This document shows positions 16,416 through 20,000 of a DNA stretch of 20,000 nucleotides, piece by piece. A model generated the notes under the pieces. That model was not told the origin of the DNA and made no database searches. It saw nothing but the letters and a program-made list of their open reading frames with translations. Position 1 is the first letter of the stretch, and every line of letters begins with the position of its first letter. The DNA is from an uncultured virus (IMG/VR IMGVR_UViG_3300023049_000387) (Duplodnaviria > Heunggongvirae > Uroviricota > Caudoviricetes). The DNA is taken from the IMG/VR virus record IMGVR_UViG_3300023049_000387, positions 58,803 to 78,802 of that record; one strand, written 5' to 3'. The translations under genes and the position numbers were made by a program.

Positions 16416-17543
16416 TTATTTTTTAAAAGCTTCACTCTCTTTTTTTCTTATTTCAATACCTAAGTCTCTACCACTAAAACCTTGGCTCATTAACTTCTCT
16501 GAACTAATAGAAGGTTTGTAGTCGATAAATTTAAATAATACCTCATCAGCACCTTTATTGACCGATAACCACTCATGTAAGATATCATCACTTATACCAA
16601 GTTGTTCTCTCTTCTTGTATATATCAAACACTAAATCTACATTAAATGCTAATAATCTATTCAGAAACACTATAGTTGATGCTAAGTCATTTGGTATCTT
16701 GTAGTCTTGTACTAATCTTTTTTCTATCTCTTTAGCATTATTAAAGGATTCTGACTTGAAAAGATTAGCCATTATTATCTCTATCTTATCAGATATGACT
16801 AAAGATGTATTTATCGAAGCACCTGGAAATATCTCATCCCACATATCAAACTCAGTAAATAAATTTAAATATTCGTTATAATTTTTTGCTTGTTTAAATG
16901 ATTTTTCCATCTCTTCCCATATACGCTCTTGAGATATTCGCTTCATTTTATTGGTATCTGGATCTAGGTTTTCTAAACTATTATTTATTTTTATAGCAGA
17001 TTTTACACTACTATGCAGTTCAGAATTATATCTAGTAGCAAACCTAAATGCCCTAAGTATTCTGAGCGAATCTTCACTAAACCTTTCAGAAGGGATACCT
17101 ACAGTTTTAATAATTTTACTCTTTAAATCTGATATACCACCAACTAAATCTATAATTCCTCTAGTATCCAAATCAAAGAACAGACCATTTATACTAAGGT
17201 CTCGCCTCTTAACATCATCTTTTATGGTAACTCCTAATTTAACCTTTGGATTTCTACCCTTAGTCAAATCAGATCTAAATGTAGCAATCTCCATACCCAT
17301 TGGCTCATCTTTTGTATAAACAACTACTACACCAAACGCTTTACCTTGTAAATTGGTTCTATATCCATTACCTAATATATCAACTACCTCATCTGGTAGT
17401 GCATCAGTTGCTAAATCAAAGTCTTTAGGCACATCTCCTGTTATAAAGTCTCTAACTGCACCCCCAACAACATATAACTTTTTATTGTTGCTTTTAAATA
17501 TTTTATGTATGTCTTTTACTGATTCTGGGATAATATTCCACAT
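16416..17543 (-). CDS. cca: CCA tRNA nucleotidyltransferase (class II)
   Basis: VGGAVRD, DFDLAT, EIATFR, DVKRRDLSIN, RFSEDSLRILRAFRF, ISQERIWEE; no obvious HD domain. Confidence 0.88.
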   Translation of the reverse strand: MWNIIPESVKDIHKIFKSNNKKLYVVGGAVRDFITGDVPKDFDLATDALPDEVVDILGNGYRTNLQGKAFGVVVVYTKDEPMGMEIATFRSDLTKGRNPKVKLGVTIKDDVKRRDLSINGLFFDLDTRGIIDLVGGISDLKSKIIKTVGIPSERFSEDSLRILRAFRFATRYNSELHSSVKSAIKINNSLENLDPDTNKMKRISQERIWEEMEKSFKQAKNYNEYLNLFTEFDMWDEIFPGASINTSLVISDKIEIIMANLFKSESFNNAKEIEKRLVQDYKIPNDLASTIVFLNRLLAFNVDLVFDIYKKREQLGISDDILHEWLSVNKGADEVLFKFIDYKPSISSEKLMSQGFSGRDLGIEIRKKESEAFKK

Positions 17544-17563
17544 AGCTATTCATTTTATTTTGA

Positions 17564-17571
17564 CAAATATA
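17564..17571 (-). promoter_or_regulatory. Bacteroidota-type -7 box TATATTTG upstream of cca
   Basis: Exact box 20 nt upstream of ATG 17543. Confidence 0.55.
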
Positions 17572-17634
17572 CAAATAAAAATAGTATTTTGTTTTATAAT
17601 TAGAATTATTATAGAAAAGAACTTACAAGCACTA

Positions 17635-18081
17635 TTATAAGTACAAGCTTTCAATATCATCATCACTAAATTTATCAAATAAATCATCGGCTTCTATGAT
17701 ATCAACAATATAGCTGTTATTCACTGAATAGTCTATATAAATCCCATGTAAAAATAAAGGATCTTTATTATAGCCATTATCAACACATTTTGATCCCACT
17801 TTCACAATAATATATTCCTCACTATCTCTATATGAGCCAAAATTTACTGATAAATCATATGATGCTATTAACGATGTTGCAAAATATAATCTATTTTCGA
17901 ATGAGACACCATTTATAGAAATACCATCTTTTGGTATAAATCCATTCTTTTTTATTATACTTAAATTCCTTTTTGGTGTTACGTGGTATAGATATTTACC
18001 AACTCTATATCCAATTGCATCACTTTTTAGATAGTTCTTATTAACAAATTGGTCAAAGTTATGAATCGTTTCTTTAATCAT
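17635..18081 (-). CDS. ADP-ribosyltransferase-fold protein (resembles the NAD-binding domain of Tpt1/KptA or DarT)
   Basis: LYHVT..RNL..I.K.G..P...RLYFA pattern; leader IHNFDQFVN. Confidence 0.55.
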   Translation of the reverse strand: MIKETIHNFDQFVNKNYLKSDAIGYRVGKYLYHVTPKRNLSIIKKNGFIPKDGISINGVSFENRLYFATSLIASYDLSVNFGSYRDSEEYIIVKVGSKCVDNGYNKDPLFLHGIYIDYSVNNSYIVDIIEADDLFDKFSDDDIESLYL

Positions 18082-18143
18082 ATCCTTATATATAAATATT
18101 AGATTTTACGAAACACACAAAGTTACATATAGTGTTTATATAT

Positions 18144-18749
18144 CTATTCAATTATTTTATAATGTTCCTTAATTTTTTCTAAGTTAGGTATCTCTAGATT
18201 ATTGTCTCTAATAAAGGTTTGAAGTCTATCTAACATAACAGTATCTCTGTTTCTAACTATTTCATAGTCTATAAAATCCTCTATAAGAAAACTATCAGCA
18301 TTTTTTATAAATGTATATACTAATAGATATACTGTGTTTTTCTCTATATTTATAGTTCCATTTACTTCTGGGAAATGTTCTAAGTCTTTTAATTCATTTC
18401 TATAACAATAAAAATTTTCACCTACTGTTTGTGGACAACCTTCTAATGACAATAAGTTGTTATTAGAGCAATTAAAATACCCACCTACTGTTTGTGGACA
18501 ACCTTTTAATGATACTAACATATTATCAGAACAATTAAAACCACCACTCACATAATCAAATCTAAGAGGTAAATATTCTATAAAGAAATTTTCTAAAATA
18601 ACACCACCATCAACATCGATACTCAAATCATCATTAATAGTATAGTTCTTTATTCCATACTTTTCACACACTTTTATAACTTCTGCCTTTGTAGTTGGAA
18701 AGTTAGGCTCATTACTCTCGAATATTTTATAAGGTTTTATATGTTTCAT
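18144..18749 (-). CDS. LRR-like repeat protein, paralog A (2 GCP-type repeats)
   Basis: 21-aa repeats NxLxSLxGCPQTVGxxFxCxx between conserved caps. Confidence 0.85.
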   Translation of the reverse strand: MKHIKPYKIFESNEPNFPTTKAEVIKVCEKYGIKNYTINDDLSIDVDGGVILENFFIEYLPLRFDYVSGGFNCSDNMLVSLKGCPQTVGGYFNCSNNNLLSLEGCPQTVGENFYCYRNELKDLEHFPEVNGTINIEKNTVYLLVYTFIKNADSFLIEDFIDYEIVRNRDTVMLDRLQTFIRDNNLEIPNLEKIKEHYKIIE

Positions 18750-18751
18750 TT

Positions 18752-19861
18752 CTATTCTATTATTTTATAGTGTTCCTTAATTTTTTCTAAGTCTGGCATT
18801 TCTAAATCATTATCCCTTATGAATGTTTGTAATCTGTCTAACATAACGGTATCCCTGTTTCTAACTATTTCATAGTCTACGAAGTCTTCTATCATAAAGC
18901 TATCAGCATTTCCAATAAAGGTATACACTAAGATATATACTGTATTTTCTTCTATATTTATACCACCACTTACTTCTGGGAAGTATTCCAAATCTCTCAA
19001 TTCATTATAAGAACAATTAAAATCACCATTTACTGTTTGTGGACATCCCTCTAATGATATTAGATGGTTATTAAAGCAATGAAAATGACTATTTACTGTT
19101 TGTGGACATCCTTCTAATGACAATAAGTTGTTATTAGAGCAATTAAAATACCCACCTACTGTTTGTGGACAACCTTTTAATGATACTAAATAATTTTTAG
19201 AACAGTTAAAATCACCACCTACTGTTTGTGGACAACCTTTCAATGTTTCTAATTTATTCTGATAGCAATTAAAATCACCACCTACTGTTTTTGCACACCC
19301 TGCCAATGATACTAAATTATTATCAGAACAATAAAAATCACCACCTAGTGTTTTTGGACACTCTGCCAATGTTTCTAAATTATTATTAGAACAATCAAAG
19401 TCATGTCCTACTGTTTGTGGACAACCTTTTAATGTCTTTAATTCATTCTCAGAACAATTAAAGTCAATACTTACTGTTTGTGGACATCCCTCCAATGATA
19501 CTAAGTTGTTATCAGAACAATCAAAGTCATATTCTACTGTTCGTGGACAACCTTTTAATGTTTCTAATTCATTCCCAGAACAATCAAAATAACTCCCTAA
19601 TTTTTGTGGACAACCTTCTAATGACACTAAATTGTTATAATAACAACTCAAATAACCACTCACATAATTGAATCTAAGAGGTAAATATTTTAAGCCCCTA
19701 TTGTTTAGATTAACACCACCATCAACATCAATACTTAAATCATCATTAATAGTGTAGTTTTCTATTTCATACTTTTCACACACTTCCATAACTTCTTCTC
19801 TTGTAGTTGGGAAGTTGGACCCATTGCTCTCGAATATCTTATAGGGCTTTATATGTTTCAT
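18752..19861 (-). CDS. LRR-like repeat protein, paralog B (10 GCP-type repeats)
   Basis: Same caps as paralog A; the length difference of 168 aa equals exactly 8 x 21. Confidence 0.88.
   Translation of the reverse strand: MKHIKPYKIFESNGSNFPTTREEVMEVCEKYEIENYTINDDLSIDVDGGVNLNNRGLKYLPLRFNYVSGYLSCYYNNLVSLEGCPQKLGSYFDCSGNELETLKGCPRTVEYDFDCSDNNLVSLEGCPQTVSIDFNCSENELKTLKGCPQTVGHDFDCSNNNLETLAECPKTLGGDFYCSDNNLVSLAGCAKTVGGDFNCYQNKLETLKGCPQTVGGDFNCSKNYLVSLKGCPQTVGGYFNCSNNNLLSLEGCPQTVNSHFHCFNNHLISLEGCPQTVNGDFNCSYNELRDLEYFPEVSGGINIEENTVYILVYTFIGNADSFMIEDFVDYEIVRNRDTVMLDRLQTFIRDNDLEMPDLEKIKEHYKIIE
19005..19636 (-). repeat. Ten tandem 63-bp coding repeats (boundaries approximate)
   Basis: Recurrent ACTGTTTGTGGACA core at 63-bp period. 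Confidence 0.85.
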
Positions 19862-19863
19862 TT

Positions 19864-20000
19864 CTATTCTATTATTTTATAATGTTTTTTAATTTCTTCT
19901 AAGTCAGGCATTTCTAAATCGTTATCCCTTATGAAAGTTTCTAATCTATCTAGCATAACAGTATCTCTATTTCTAACTATTTCATAGTCGTTAAAATCTT
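19864..20000 (-). CDS. LRR-like repeat protein, paralog C (C-terminal part only)
   Basis: Manual translation DFNDYEIVRNRDTVMLDRLETFIRDNDLEMPDLEEIKKHYKIIE*, nearly identical to the C-caps of A and B; same TAG-AA-ATG junction. Confidence 0.85.
   Translation of the reverse strand, partial: DFNDYEIVRNRDTVMLDRLETFIRDNDLEMPDLEEIKKHYKIIE

Noticed and set aside
1002..19671. Plus-strand ORFs antisense to long minus-strand genes (e.g. 10700..11194, 16951..17319, 13699..14061), plus 3174..3674, 4357..4596 and 7860..8045
   Set aside because: Shadow ORFs that overlap well-supported genes, with S/F/L/I-rich composition and no motifs
18144..20000. CRISPR array or DGR explanation for the repeats
   Set aside because: The repeats are in-frame 63-bp coding units with no unique spacers. 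There is no reverse transcriptase and no clear adenine-only TR/VR pair in the window.
1..20000. Stop-codon reassignment (TAG or TGA) as in some large phages
   Set aside because: Recognisable genes are full length in code 11, and TAG ends genes at sensible positions. The LRR junctions TAG-AA-ATG are out of frame, so readthrough would not fuse them.

Overview
AT-rich, gene-dense window, mostly on the minus strand and in the standard genetic code. It most likely comes from a jumbo phage infecting a Bacteroidota host, inferred from repeated TATATTTG (TAnnTTTG) promoter boxes, the gene content and the lack of Shine-Dalgarno signals. Recognisable genes are DHFR (partial), a GT2 glycosyltransferase, a MazG-like NTP pyrophosphatase, a Skp/OmpH-like protein with no signal peptide, PD-(D/E)XK nucleases, a YodC-like protein, a DUF151 bifunctional nuclease, a YkuK RNase H-like protein, a MoxR-like AAA ATPase, a C5-cytosine MTase with a LAGLIDADG intein, an amino-MTase, tRNA(CAT, probably Ile2), a 2H phosphoesterase, a CCA-adding enzyme, an ART/Tpt1-like protein and at least 3 tandem LRR-like paralogs. 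The most notable observations are: (1) the LRR paralog array, with variable repeat number, a shared 96-bp module and a T4-like capsid-targeting leader; (2) an MTase gene bracketed by 71-bp direct repeats that duplicate a promoter and the upstream gene's 3' end; (3) a candidate tRNA 3'-end repair cluster; (4) a shared C-terminal 10-aa tag on unrelated small proteins; (5) three recurring promoter classes. All product calls come from motif recognition by eye, not from database searches.
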